From an uncultured candidate division WWE3 bacterium (GTDB lineage Bacteria; Patescibacteriota; WWE3; UBA101185; UBA10185), in contig CAVXUZ010000005.1 in NCBI GenBank assembly GCA_963765125.1, positions 263,837 through 327,836 of the forward strand: a DNA stretch of 64,000 bases. The letters run 5' to 3'. Of the stretch, positions 56,046 through 64,000 are shown in pieces. The translations under genes were made by a program, and so were the position numbers. Position 1 is the first letter of the stretch, and every line of letters begins with the position of its first letter. The notes beneath the pieces were generated by a model, which searched no databases, was not told the DNA's origin, and saw only the letters and a program-made list of their open reading frames with translations.

Positions 56046-56393
56046 CTAGCTAATTAAACAAAATTTGACTCTTATTCCAGAATCTAGTTTGTAGATATAT
56101 AATGCCGCAATTTTCCAACCGCAGTGCTCACCTGTAAAGCTGTCTAAAAATTGGTAAATTGTTCTTCTCAATTTTCTTAGTTTATATTTTGATATTATCG
56201 GGTACTTTTTTCGAAAACCGTTTAAGACCCTGTACTTTACCTCAACAAAAACTAAAATATCATTCTTTTTTGTAACTAGATCAATTTCCCCAAATCTGCA
56301 TCTCCAATTTCTGTCGATTACATCGTAACCACATGACGTCAAAATCCTTGAAGCGATCTTCTCACCATAAATCCCTTTTTCAGTCGTACTCAT
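56046..56393 (-). CDS. YraN/UPF0102 family endonuclease-like protein
   Basis: GExIAxxxLxxxGYxIIxRNWRCRxGEIDLV...VFVEVKYR pattern. Confidence 0.7.
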   Translation of the reverse strand: MSTTEKGIYGEKIASRILTSCGYDVIDRNWRCRFGEIDLVTKKNDILVFVEVKYRVLNGFRKKYPIISKYKLRKLRRTIYQFLDSFTGEHCGWKIAALYIYKLDSGIRVKFCLIS

Positions 56394-56439
56394 AAGGGAA
56401 ATATATTTAATATAATTGAAGAATTAAAGATTGAATATT

Positions 56440-58251
56440 CTAATGAGAAGAGACTTCTCTATCGGGAGCAATGCCGTAGTACTTAACAAGCTCTGATGCG
56501 ATCTCCATCCAAAGTGGTACAGCAGTTTCAGCAGCAAAAATACTGGACTGTGGCTCCTCTAATCGGACTATCATTGAAAACTTCTTTGTTCCAGCTAAAA
56601 ATCCCACAAACGTTGCATTAGTCTTTTCTGGGTCGTATTTACCTCCTACTGGTATCTGAGCTGTCCCTGTTTTTCCTGCAATTCTATAGTTTTTTAAGAC
56701 AAAATACTTCGCCTCACCGCTGCTGGCTGCATTTTCTAAAAGGTTAACCATTGTTTCAGATGTTCCTTTAGAAATTACGCGTTTTACTTGTTTTGTCGGC
56801 GTCTCAATTACCTTTTCCCCATCAATAACCTTATTTACGATTTTTGGCTGTAAAAGAAACCCACCATTCGCAATCGCGTTAAAAGAGTTTAAAACTTGAA
56901 GTGGTGTTGCAGAAACTCCCTGACCAAATGATATGTTTGCAACGTCGATATCTGTGAGTGTTGCTGCTTCTCTAAGCGAACCCGTGTCCTCTCCTTCGAG
57001 CTCAATGTCGGTTTTTCTTCCTATACCAAACTCGCTAAAAAACTTTGAAAGTTGGTTTCCGCCAACCTGATGACCAACCCAAGCAGCTCCAATGTTGTTT
57101 GATTTCTCTAACAATTGAGTGACCGTTTGAATTCCATGATGTTTTCCATCCCAGTTATCAATAATATAATCTGAATACTGTACGGGACCACGATCGTCGA
57201 ATGTAGTTTCTGGTGTCACTTTTCCAAGCTCAATCGCAGATGAAACGGTAAGAGGTTTTATAACTGAACCTGGTTCGTAAGTTTCAGTTATACATAAATT
57301 CTTTCTCTCTTGGTTCTTTCTTTCTGTATTTTCTGCTATTACCTCTTCGAAATTAAAATTATCGGGGTCGTAGGATGGATAATTAGCCATTGCAACAATT
57401 TCCCCAGTAAATGGATCCATCACAATAACTGAACCTGATTTTGCATTGTAGTTCTCAACACCATTTTTCAGACTTTTTTCAACAATAAATTGAACCGATC
57501 TGTTTATCGAAAGTACTATGTCTCTTCCTTTAATAGACTCTGATTTTTTGTAAGAACCTACGAGAATCGGGTTACCTAAAGCGTCTCTTTCTTCTAAAAC
57601 CCTGCCCGGTTTACCTTTGAGGTCGTCGTTGAATTTTCCCTCTATACCAAAGTAACCTTGTTTTTCTCCTTGCTCATTAAACGCCACAAATCCGAGTACA
57701 TGCGATGCGAGAGAGCCTTCAGGGTAATACCTCACCGGCTCTTCTTCAAAACCAATCCCCGCAAGTTGCAGTTCCTCAATCTCCTCCTTTTGAACAGGCG
57801 TAATGTTATGCTGTAAAACTGTCCAGTAAAGATTTGAATTAACACCTTCGTAAATATCGTCGTAAATTAATTTATAAATGCTGTCTTTTTTCTCTTGGAG
57901 CTCTTCAGGTTTAATATCATTAATTCTTTCAATTTCATATTTGGTTAGAACTTCGGATAGTCTGTGTGCTACCTCATATGTATTGGCTACTTTTTTTGGT
58001 TCAGCAAAAAGTAAATAGTGCGTTTGAGTACCTGCTAAAATAAAATTATCTGCGCTGATAACATCACCTCTTTTTGCAGGGATTACTGAGAGATTCCAAT
58101 ATTGATCCTGCGCCTGAGCAGTGTACTTGCCGTGGTTTAGAACTTGTATTGAAAATAATCTAGCAATAAAAATCATCAACACAATAAAAAAAGTAATAAA
58201 AAGGGTATTTAAGCGTAAATTTTGTTTTGCGTGTACTTTTTGTAAAACCAT
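56440..58251 (-). CDS. ftsI: class B penicillin-binding protein (FtsI/PBP2-like transpeptidase)
   Basis: N-terminal TM, a dimerisation domain, transpeptidase SxxK/SxN/KTG motifs (KTGTA present), and its position after ftsL. Confidence 0.85.
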   Translation of the reverse strand: MVLQKVHAKQNLRLNTLFITFFIVLMIFIARLFSIQVLNHGKYTAQAQDQYWNLSVIPAKRGDVISADNFILAGTQTHYLLFAEPKKVANTYEVAHRLSEVLTKYEIERINDIKPEELQEKKDSIYKLIYDDIYEGVNSNLYWTVLQHNITPVQKEEIEELQLAGIGFEEEPVRYYPEGSLASHVLGFVAFNEQGEKQGYFGIEGKFNDDLKGKPGRVLEERDALGNPILVGSYKKSESIKGRDIVLSINRSVQFIVEKSLKNGVENYNAKSGSVIVMDPFTGEIVAMANYPSYDPDNFNFEEVIAENTERKNQERKNLCITETYEPGSVIKPLTVSSAIELGKVTPETTFDDRGPVQYSDYIIDNWDGKHHGIQTVTQLLEKSNNIGAAWVGHQVGGNQLSKFFSEFGIGRKTDIELEGEDTGSLREAATLTDIDVANISFGQGVSATPLQVLNSFNAIANGGFLLQPKIVNKVIDGEKVIETPTKQVKRVISKGTSETMVNLLENAASSGEAKYFVLKNYRIAGKTGTAQIPVGGKYDPEKTNATFVGFLAGTKKFSMIVRLEEPQSSIFAAETAVPLWMEIASELVKYYGIAPDREVSSH

Positions 58252-58265
58252 CTTAATTACGTAAC

Positions 58266-58592
58266 TTACTGTCTATAAAGTGAAGCTAGTGATGGTGTGG
58301 TGATGAGTGTTAATGGCTCTTTCATTTCAACAAATCCTAATTGGCGAGCTCTAGCTTCTACATTAGTGAGAGACGAAAGATTTGAATCTTCAAACTGAAG
58401 ATACGCGATATCCTTTTCAAGCTGCTGCTTACGCTCATTAAGTTCTCTAAAGTCTTTTCCTTTAAGCGCCGTGGTATTTGATACGTACATTTGTACAACA
58501 AGGCTCGTTATAAAACCGCAAAAGCAGAAAAAACACGCATATTTATAGATTTTTATTATTTTATATTCGTTCATAAACTCGTAACTTGGCAC
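58266..58592 (-). CDS. ftsL: FtsL/DivIC-like septum formation protein
   Basis: Small bitopic protein with a coiled-coil and the conserved NVEARARQLGFVEMKEP-type motif, in the mraZ-rsmH-ftsL-ftsI order. Confidence 0.5.
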   Translation of the reverse strand: MPSYEFMNEYKIIKIYKYACFFCFCGFITSLVVQMYVSNTTALKGKDFRELNERKQQLEKDIAYLQFEDSNLSSLTNVEARARQLGFVEMKEPLTLITTPSLASLYRQ

Positions 58593-59439
58593 TACGAGAT
58601 CTAGAATTTTGTCTTACCTCTTGCTCTGATGGCACAATCGGCTTCTTTGTTACTGCCCTTAAACTAGGCTGCGCGCTTTTAGCAAAATCTTTTACAATTT
58701 TGTCTTCTAACGAATGAAAGGTTATAACCAGTATTCGTCCACCAGGCTGTAAGAGGCGCGCAGCCTGAGGCAGTGCATTACTTAAATTTTCAAGTTCATC
58801 GTTCACAGCGATTCGCAACGCTTGAAACGTTCTCGTCGCAGGATTAATCCTGCCATTCTCATAATTTGAAGGAGCTACACCAGCTAAAAGATCTGATAAA
58901 TCTTTAGTTGTTTGAAACCTCTTCACCCCACGAGCTTTTACAATTGCTGCTGTAAAAGATTTTGCCATTCTCTCACCGCCGTATGCCCCAATAATCTGCG
59001 CAAGTTGTGTTTCCGGTAAGCTATTTACCAGATCTGCTGCGGTTACGCTAAGATTTTTGTCAAGCCTCATATCGAGAGGTCCGTCGCTTTGAAATGACAA
59101 ACCTATACCTGCGTCTTCTAGTTCATATGAGCTGTAACCAAGATCGAGTAATATTCCATTGACCTTGTTAAATCCGCTCTCATTTACTATTTTTTCTAAA
59201 TTTTTAAAGTTCCCTATCTTGCCTACAAAATTCTGCGTAACTAGCTCGGCGGCAAATCTTTCTTCTGCTCTATGAATTGCAGCCTCATATACATCTATTC
59301 CCAGCACCCTTGAACCTTTTTTCAAAAGTTCTAATGAATGCCCACCATCTCCTAGTGTGCAATCAACAAAACTTTTGCCCTCCTCAGGCTGCATAAACTC
59401 CACAGTCTCCTTAAGCATTACAGGTTCGTGGTATTTCAT
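58561..59439 (-). CDS. rsmH: 16S rRNA (cytosine1402-N4)-methyltransferase RsmH (MraW)
   Basis: HEPVMLKE start, a SAM-binding GxGxH motif (DCTLGDGGHS), and the MraW C-terminal region. Confidence 0.9.
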   Translation of the reverse strand: MKYHEPVMLKETVEFMQPEEGKSFVDCTLGDGGHSLELLKKGSRVLGIDVYEAAIHRAEERFAAELVTQNFVGKIGNFKNLEKIVNESGFNKVNGILLDLGYSSYELEDAGIGLSFQSDGPLDMRLDKNLSVTAADLVNSLPETQLAQIIGAYGGERMAKSFTAAIVKARGVKRFQTTKDLSDLLAGVAPSNYENGRINPATRTFQALRIAVNDELENLSNALPQAARLLQPGGRILVITFHSLEDKIVKDFAKSAQPSLRAVTKKPIVPSEQEVRQNSRSRSAKLRVYERI

Positions 59440-59855
59440 TCAGAAAGTTCTTTAGTAATTTTTTCTAAATGTAAATTCCAATTGTCAAAATTCCATATTT
59501 CTACACGGTTACCGACTCCTACTAAAGACGTTTTGCCGTCTATTTGGGCATACGCCAATAAACCTGCAGGAATTACAATACGCCCCTGTGTATCGATAGA
59601 GACTTCTAACGCCGAAGCATAAACAAAACGCTCAAGATCCCTAATCTTTGATTCTTGAGAGTCTACTTTTGAACTGTCAATGTACTTCTGAGCTTGTTCC
59701 GCCCAATCATTTCTATCGTAAATATAAACGCACTTTTCAAAACCTTTTGTTAAAACAACAGAGTCTCCGTCTATTTGCTCCCTAATTCTCTTAGGTAGCG
59801 CCAGTCGGCTGCCCTCAGTTATATTCGGATTGTATTCTCCTAAAAACATTTTCAT
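59436..59855 (-). CDS. mraZ: transcriptional regulator MraZ
   Basis: Duplicated SpoVT/AbrB-like halves, MFLGEYNPNITEGSRLALPKRIR and the second-half RIVIPAGL. Confidence 0.85.
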   Translation of the reverse strand: MKMFLGEYNPNITEGSRLALPKRIREQIDGDSVVLTKGFEKCVYIYDRNDWAEQAQKYIDSSKVDSQESKIRDLERFVYASALEVSIDTQGRIVIPAGLLAYAQIDGKTSLVGVGNRVEIWNFDNWNLHLEKITKELSE

Positions 59856-59862
59856 ATACCCA

Positions 59863-59897
59863 GAGAAATGGTGAAGGGGCAGTTTTCACCATTTCTC
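59863..59897 (-). promoter_or_regulatory. 13-bp perfect inverted repeat (GAGAAATGGTGAA-N9-TTCACCATTTCTC) abutting the mraZ start codon in its 5' leader
   Basis: Read from the sequence. It lies downstream of a TTGACG-17-CAAAAT candidate promoter (59912..59940) and ends 8 nt before the ATG. Confidence 0.5.
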
Positions 59898-59942
59898 ACC
59901 ATTCTATGTACATTTTGCTCCATAGGGAATCCAGCGTCAAGA

Positions 59943-59970
59943 CAAATAAAACCCGAAGTCCTATTCAGGT
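59943..59970 (-). terminator. rho-independent terminator for glyQS (ACCTGAA...TTCGGGT + TTTATTTG)
   Basis: 7-bp stem including one G-U pair, followed by a T-rich tract on the minus strand. Confidence 0.45.
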
Positions 59971-59995
59971 TACTGTTAAATGCTTTTTTGGATGG

Positions 59996-61357
59996 TTATT
60001 TTATAAGAACGTTATATAGGTCATCTATTGATACACGAATTTGCGCCATTGTATCTCTATCCCTGATTGTAACCGTACCGTCATCAAGTGTTTGAAAATC
60101 AATAGTTATACAATTCGGCGTCCCCACCTCGTCTTGTGAAAGATATCTTTTACCTATATTGCCGCGATCGTCCCAAGCCGTCGATATGCCCTTACCAACC
60201 AACATCTTAAACACTTCGTCGGCTTTTTCTACCAATTGTGGTTTGTTCTTAAGTAATGGAAATACTGCAGCTCGGTAAGGCGCGATGTTCTTATCAAGTT
60301 TAAGCACAACCCTCTCATCTTCTTCGGTATAGGCGTTATCTAACAGGCTGTAGACGATACGGTCGATACCCATTGAAATCTCTATTACGTTGGGTATGAA
60401 TTCCTCGTTAGTGAATGGGTCTCTATAGACCATACTTTGACCGCTGTGATTTTGATGGCTTAGTAAATCCCAGTCGCCTCTGTGATTTAAAGGAGAAAGC
60501 TCAAACCATTTACCACTAGATGATTTAAATTCAAAATCTTTTTGAATTTTTGCATAATGTGACATTTCTTCTTTTGGTATTTCACGATAGCGAAAGTTAT
60601 TTTTAGATAAACCAAGTTCTGTAGTTATCCAATTGAGCATTTCGTCTTCAAAATGTTTGTACCATTTATCTGCTTCGTTAGGATTTACAAAAAACTCCAA
60701 CTCCATCTGTGAAAATTCCCTCATGCGATAAATAAAATCTTTTGTGGTGATTTCGTTTCTGAACACCTTACCGATTTGAGCAATACCAAATGGTATTTTT
60801 GCTCTCATAGAATCCATAACGTTAAGGTATTGTAAAAATATTATCTGGCAGGTCTCTCCTCGCAAGTACGCTTTTTCTTTGTTTTGATCTGTAGACCCAA
60901 GCTCTGCCTCAACTAACAAATTGAATGATTTTAGCTCTGTAAGCTCGTTTCCTTCTGGACTTTTGATATTGTGCTCTTTAAGCAACTTTGCCATCTCATC
61001 AAAACTCATTTTAGATGTGTCAATCTTGAGGTTTTCTTCTAATAAATGATCAGCGCGGTATCTAACATGGCTTACCCTATCCTCTACCAAAGGGTCATTA
61101 AATGAGCCCACGTGACCGCTTGCTACCCAAGTCTGGGGATGACAAAATATTGCACCTTCTAACCCGTAAACGTCTTGCCTTTTTTCAACAAAGTATCTCC
61201 ACCAAGAATCTTTAATGTTTTTTATTAATTGAGCACCTAATGGGCCGTAATCGTATGTAGAAGAAAATCCACCATATATTTCGCTTGAAGGATAAACAAA
61301 TCCTCGTCTTTTTGCTAAACTGATGATTTTTTGCTGAAGATTCTCTGCCATATGCAT
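59996..61357 (-). CDS. glyQS: glycine--tRNA ligase, single-chain (alpha2) type
   Basis: Class II aaRS motifs plus the GlyRS-specific N-terminus (RRGFVYPSSEIYGG...YDYGPLG). The ORF track starts at 61423; the likely start is M(H)MAENL at 61357 or 61351. Confidence 0.85.
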   Translation of the reverse strand: MHMAENLQQKIISLAKRRGFVYPSSEIYGGFSSTYDYGPLGAQLIKNIKDSWWRYFVEKRQDVYGLEGAIFCHPQTWVASGHVGSFNDPLVEDRVSHVRYRADHLLEENLKIDTSKMSFDEMAKLLKEHNIKSPEGNELTELKSFNLLVEAELGSTDQNKEKAYLRGETCQIIFLQYLNVMDSMRAKIPFGIAQIGKVFRNEITTKDFIYRMREFSQMELEFFVNPNEADKWYKHFEDEMLNWITTELGLSKNNFRYREIPKEEMSHYAKIQKDFEFKSSSGKWFELSPLNHRGDWDLLSHQNHSGQSMVYRDPFTNEEFIPNVIEISMGIDRIVYSLLDNAYTEEDERVVLKLDKNIAPYRAAVFPLLKNKPQLVEKADEVFKMLVGKGISTAWDDRGNIGKRYLSQDEVGTPNCITIDFQTLDDGTVTIRDRDTMAQIRVSIDDLYNVLIK

Positions 61358-61373
61358 TGAGTATACTTGTTTT

Positions 61374-61964
61374 TTACACGAGCTCCAAGCTCTTGATCTC
61401 TTCACCAACCATCTCACGCACAAAATTTTTTATCAACCTATTTGCCGAATTGATATCTTTATTTCTCATATTTTCTTGCCACAGATTTAGAAGTGAGGTT
61501 GGCGGCTGATAACCAAGTAGTTGCATAAATTTAATTTCAAAACGGTTTTCAATAACAATTATATTTTCCTTTGCTATATCTAGTTTTTCTAAAGTCTCGC
61601 TCACTAGTTGAAAGATCTCCTGCGCATGCTCATCTTCTTTAGTCATTTTTGATATTAGCTCCGCAATATAAAATCCATGTTTTACGCTATCGTAATTATT
61701 TTTAAGATTTTTGAATGGATTTATTAATACAACCTCGGAAAGGTACAGTTGCCCGCTTTCGTGCTCAGATGCTTTTATACTCACCGAATTAAAACTATCC
61801 ATACTGCCGCTGCGCCGTGAGCTTATTTTTCTCACTCCAGCCCCAATTACAGAAATTTTACCTCGATCTTGCGAGTACAAAGTATATATTTTATCGGAAT
61901 CTTTATATTTAATATTTTTTAAAACTATAGCAGTAGTATTAAAGCTGCGTTGAGAATTTCTCAT
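61374..61964 (-). CDS. recO: DNA repair protein RecO
   Basis: The N-terminal OB-fold pattern (TAIVLKNIKYKDSDKIYTLYSQDRGK) and a length of about 196 aa. Confidence 0.7.
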   Translation of the reverse strand: MRNSQRSFNTTAIVLKNIKYKDSDKIYTLYSQDRGKISVIGAGVRKISSRRSGSMDSFNSVSIKASEHESGQLYLSEVVLINPFKNLKNNYDSVKHGFYIAELISKMTKEDEHAQEIFQLVSETLEKLDIAKENIIVIENRFEIKFMQLLGYQPPTSLLNLWQENMRNKDINSANRLIKNFVREMVGEEIKSLELV

Positions 61965-63852
61965 CTTTAGTTAATTCTATTGTGGTGGTTGTACCGCCTA
62001 CAATTATAGTGTGTTGCTCCGCGTCAATTCCGGATTGTTTTTGAATTAACAAATTGTATCTGTTGTCTTTGATTACATCATCGGGCAAATAATATTTATA
62101 AACAATTTTCTTTGTTTCTGTTGGTGCTAGTTCAACATAAGCTTCGAATACTTTTTTTCCAAGATCCTCAGATTGATTTGTTCCGTCTTCGCTACCCTCA
62201 ATTGAAATCAACTCAGAACCTGCGGGAACATAAAGGCGAGCCCAATCCCTAAACCTTTTTACAAAAGGGCTAAACTCTTCACCTGGTTGTGGGTACATGT
62301 AAGTTGCGGTTACTGTTCTCATCCATCTTCCATCAACCTTCTCAAGCTTATGTTCAACTGTTTTATCAACAAACCAGTTTGTTTTGTCACCACCTAAGTT
62401 TGTAGAAACATAAAGAGCATAATCGCCGGCAACCTCTTGATTCACTTTTCCTCCCAGTCCATACCTCTCAACAAGCTGCTGAGCCTCTGGATCGAATAAA
62501 TAAACTTGTATATGCTTTCTTACCCCAAGATCAACTGCCTTATCAATTAGCTTGCTCCAGACTGCAACCTCTGACTCAAACACGTTAATGAGCATCTCCT
62601 CCATCAAATCACCAAGCACACCCTTTCTATTAATCTGGTCTTGTACATTAAGTGAAGCAATCCTCTCAAGTTCTAGAACAACGTTGCTGGAATCGTAAGT
62701 GACGCCGTTTACCGTAACTGGACCTGTAATTTCCATCAACTCTTCAATAACTCTAGTATCGATAGTAATAATACCGTCGACTGGTTTTATATCGTAAGGC
62801 GAATATTTCTGAGCCATATCGTAATAGAATTTAAAATTATTGATTGATGATGGTAAATCGGGTGAACTGTTGGTATCGCGCGCATACCACCTCTCAACTT
62901 TCAAGTATTTTGTATATGCTGGTGGCGCGTCAGGAAAATCATAATATGCGTCAACAATATCAATTGCGTAGTCAACGCTGTAGAAATCTTTTGATGTGAA
63001 GTCTGACTGCAATAACCCGTTAAGTATTTTAAATGTCGCATAGTTTGTCCAAAAACCACCTGTAGGCCTTAACTCTTTGTCATTCTGCATAATAACCATA
63101 TATCTTTTTGCGATTGAGCTATCAGTTCCAAGGAGTCTGGGTACTATTGTAAGGGCTCTTTTTATGTCTGGCGCGTAAACGTCGGCGTCGCCTAGATTTG
63201 TTTTAACAAATATAACTGAGTCTCTAAGTGGAAACCCTCTAACATTTTCAGGGTATTTTGATGCATCTATCGGCTCCAACTCGTCACCTATTTGAGATAT
63301 TATTGCAATAACACCGTCCATTTGGTCTGCTACTTGAGGCATTATTGACACCCAAGATTGAAACGCTTCCATTAGACCTTCGTGCTGAACTACTTCCTGA
63401 TCAGCAGAAACCCTTAAACCTGCTGCGTCAGAGAATGGCGTAACTATACGGGAAGTTTCTCTTAATGCATCTATTGAGAGCTGCGCTGCTTTCATAAACC
63501 TGTCTGAATCTGAATAAAATTCGCTGATTTTAAATAGTTTAAGATTTCTTGCCCATCCAAATTTCTCTTCCCTCGTATTTCTTAAGGCTGACAGGTCTCT
63601 CTCGGTTTCCTTTAGCGTTTCTTCGAGAGTAACAAGATCTCTTGCCGTAAGTGCTTCGGAAATGTTTGTCGCGTCAGCTTTTAATGCTTTTACTCTTGAG
63701 GCTACGGATATAGCTGGGTTTACAATAAAAATATAGAGTATAAGAGCGAACAAGCTTGCTGCTGCAAGCGATACAACGCCTGTTATTCCAAATCCTTTAA
63801 GAAGTCCTAGTTTTTTGTCGTTTTTTGGTAAGTTAAAGTTATCTTTCATCAT
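61939..63852 (-). CDS. hypothetical membrane-anchored extracytoplasmic protein (637 aa), DUF4012-like
   Basis: N-terminal TM, then a large domain with a conserved LRPTGGFWTNYA block as seen in DUF4012-type proteins. Assignment is from memory, not searched. Confidence 0.45.
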   Translation of the reverse strand: MMKDNFNLPKNDKKLGLLKGFGITGVVSLAAASLFALILYIFIVNPAISVASRVKALKADATNISEALTARDLVTLEETLKETERDLSALRNTREEKFGWARNLKLFKISEFYSDSDRFMKAAQLSIDALRETSRIVTPFSDAAGLRVSADQEVVQHEGLMEAFQSWVSIMPQVADQMDGVIAIISQIGDELEPIDASKYPENVRGFPLRDSVIFVKTNLGDADVYAPDIKRALTIVPRLLGTDSSIAKRYMVIMQNDKELRPTGGFWTNYATFKILNGLLQSDFTSKDFYSVDYAIDIVDAYYDFPDAPPAYTKYLKVERWYARDTNSSPDLPSSINNFKFYYDMAQKYSPYDIKPVDGIITIDTRVIEELMEITGPVTVNGVTYDSSNVVLELERIASLNVQDQINRKGVLGDLMEEMLINVFESEVAVWSKLIDKAVDLGVRKHIQVYLFDPEAQQLVERYGLGGKVNQEVAGDYALYVSTNLGGDKTNWFVDKTVEHKLEKVDGRWMRTVTATYMYPQPGEEFSPFVKRFRDWARLYVPAGSELISIEGSEDGTNQSEDLGKKVFEAYVELAPTETKKIVYKYYLPDDVIKDNRYNLLIQKQSGIDAEQHTIIVGGTTTTIELTKDEKFSTQL

Positions 63853-64000
63853 ATTTTGCTATCGCTAGTGAGGGCAGAGGTTCAGAGCCTATATTTAACT
63901 CAAAACTTACTCTTTTGTCAAACTTGAAAAGCAGCTTCATCTTTATATTCAGCAATCAAATATTATACAGAGCCTTTCTGAGAAATCACAGCGAACGGAG

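Noticed and set aside
1-64000. CRISPR arrays, IS elements or transposase genes, rRNA genes, integrase or recombinase genes
   Set aside because: No spaced identical repeats, no transposase or integrase-like ORF, and no rRNA-like conserved stretches were seen in any frame.

Overview
This 64 kb window is low-GC (roughly mid-30s %) and gene-dense, mostly on the minus strand. It looks like a reduced bacterial genome, possibly a CPR/Patescibacteria-type organism, though lineage cannot be proven from sequence alone. No CRISPR array, IS element or rRNA was seen.

The core content is conserved:
- A gatC-gatA-(three small inserted ORFs)-gatB operon, with gatB running off the 5' window edge.
- htpX and lemA, then a PolX-type DNA polymerase.
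- Four tRNAs read by hand: Asp-GTC, Gly-CCC, Thr-CGT and Val-CAC.
- A surface-glycan block: ugd, Wzx-like flippase, O-antigen-ligase-like protein, two glycoside hydrolases and an Ig-like protein.
- lepB, rpmA and rplU; here L21 carries a Lys/Pro-rich C-terminal tail with an AT-hook.
- A split division and cell-wall (dcw) region: rodA-like SEDS, a PduO-type adenosyltransferase next to class II B12-dependent nrdJ, ftsZ-ftsA-ftsQ-murG-ftsW-murA-like, and further on mraZ-rsmH-ftsL-ftsI.
- A DNA-repair neighbourhood: uvrC, uvrA, uvrB, lexA and recO.
- A metabolic cluster of eno, ppsA and a phosphohexomutase.
- A two-component pair (histidine kinase plus a receiver-only regulator) next to an LCP-family protein, then glyQS.

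The features most worth a second look are:
1. Three tightly coupled small ORFs inserted inside gatCAB, one with an HEPN-like Rx4H motif.
2. A 21-nt direct repeat of the tRNA-Gly 3' end 149 bp downstream, followed by a HIT-family gene and a degenerate third copy (att-like scars).
3. A GC-rich single-gene cassette next to tRNA-Val with its own consensus promoter, a double-hairpin terminator and perfect 13-bp inverted repeats at both transcript ends.
4. A shared direct-repeat motif (GGGTT spaced at 11 bp) just upstream of both uvrA and uvrB/lexA, a candidate SOS-type operator.
5. A perfect 13-bp inverted repeat abutting the mraZ start codon.
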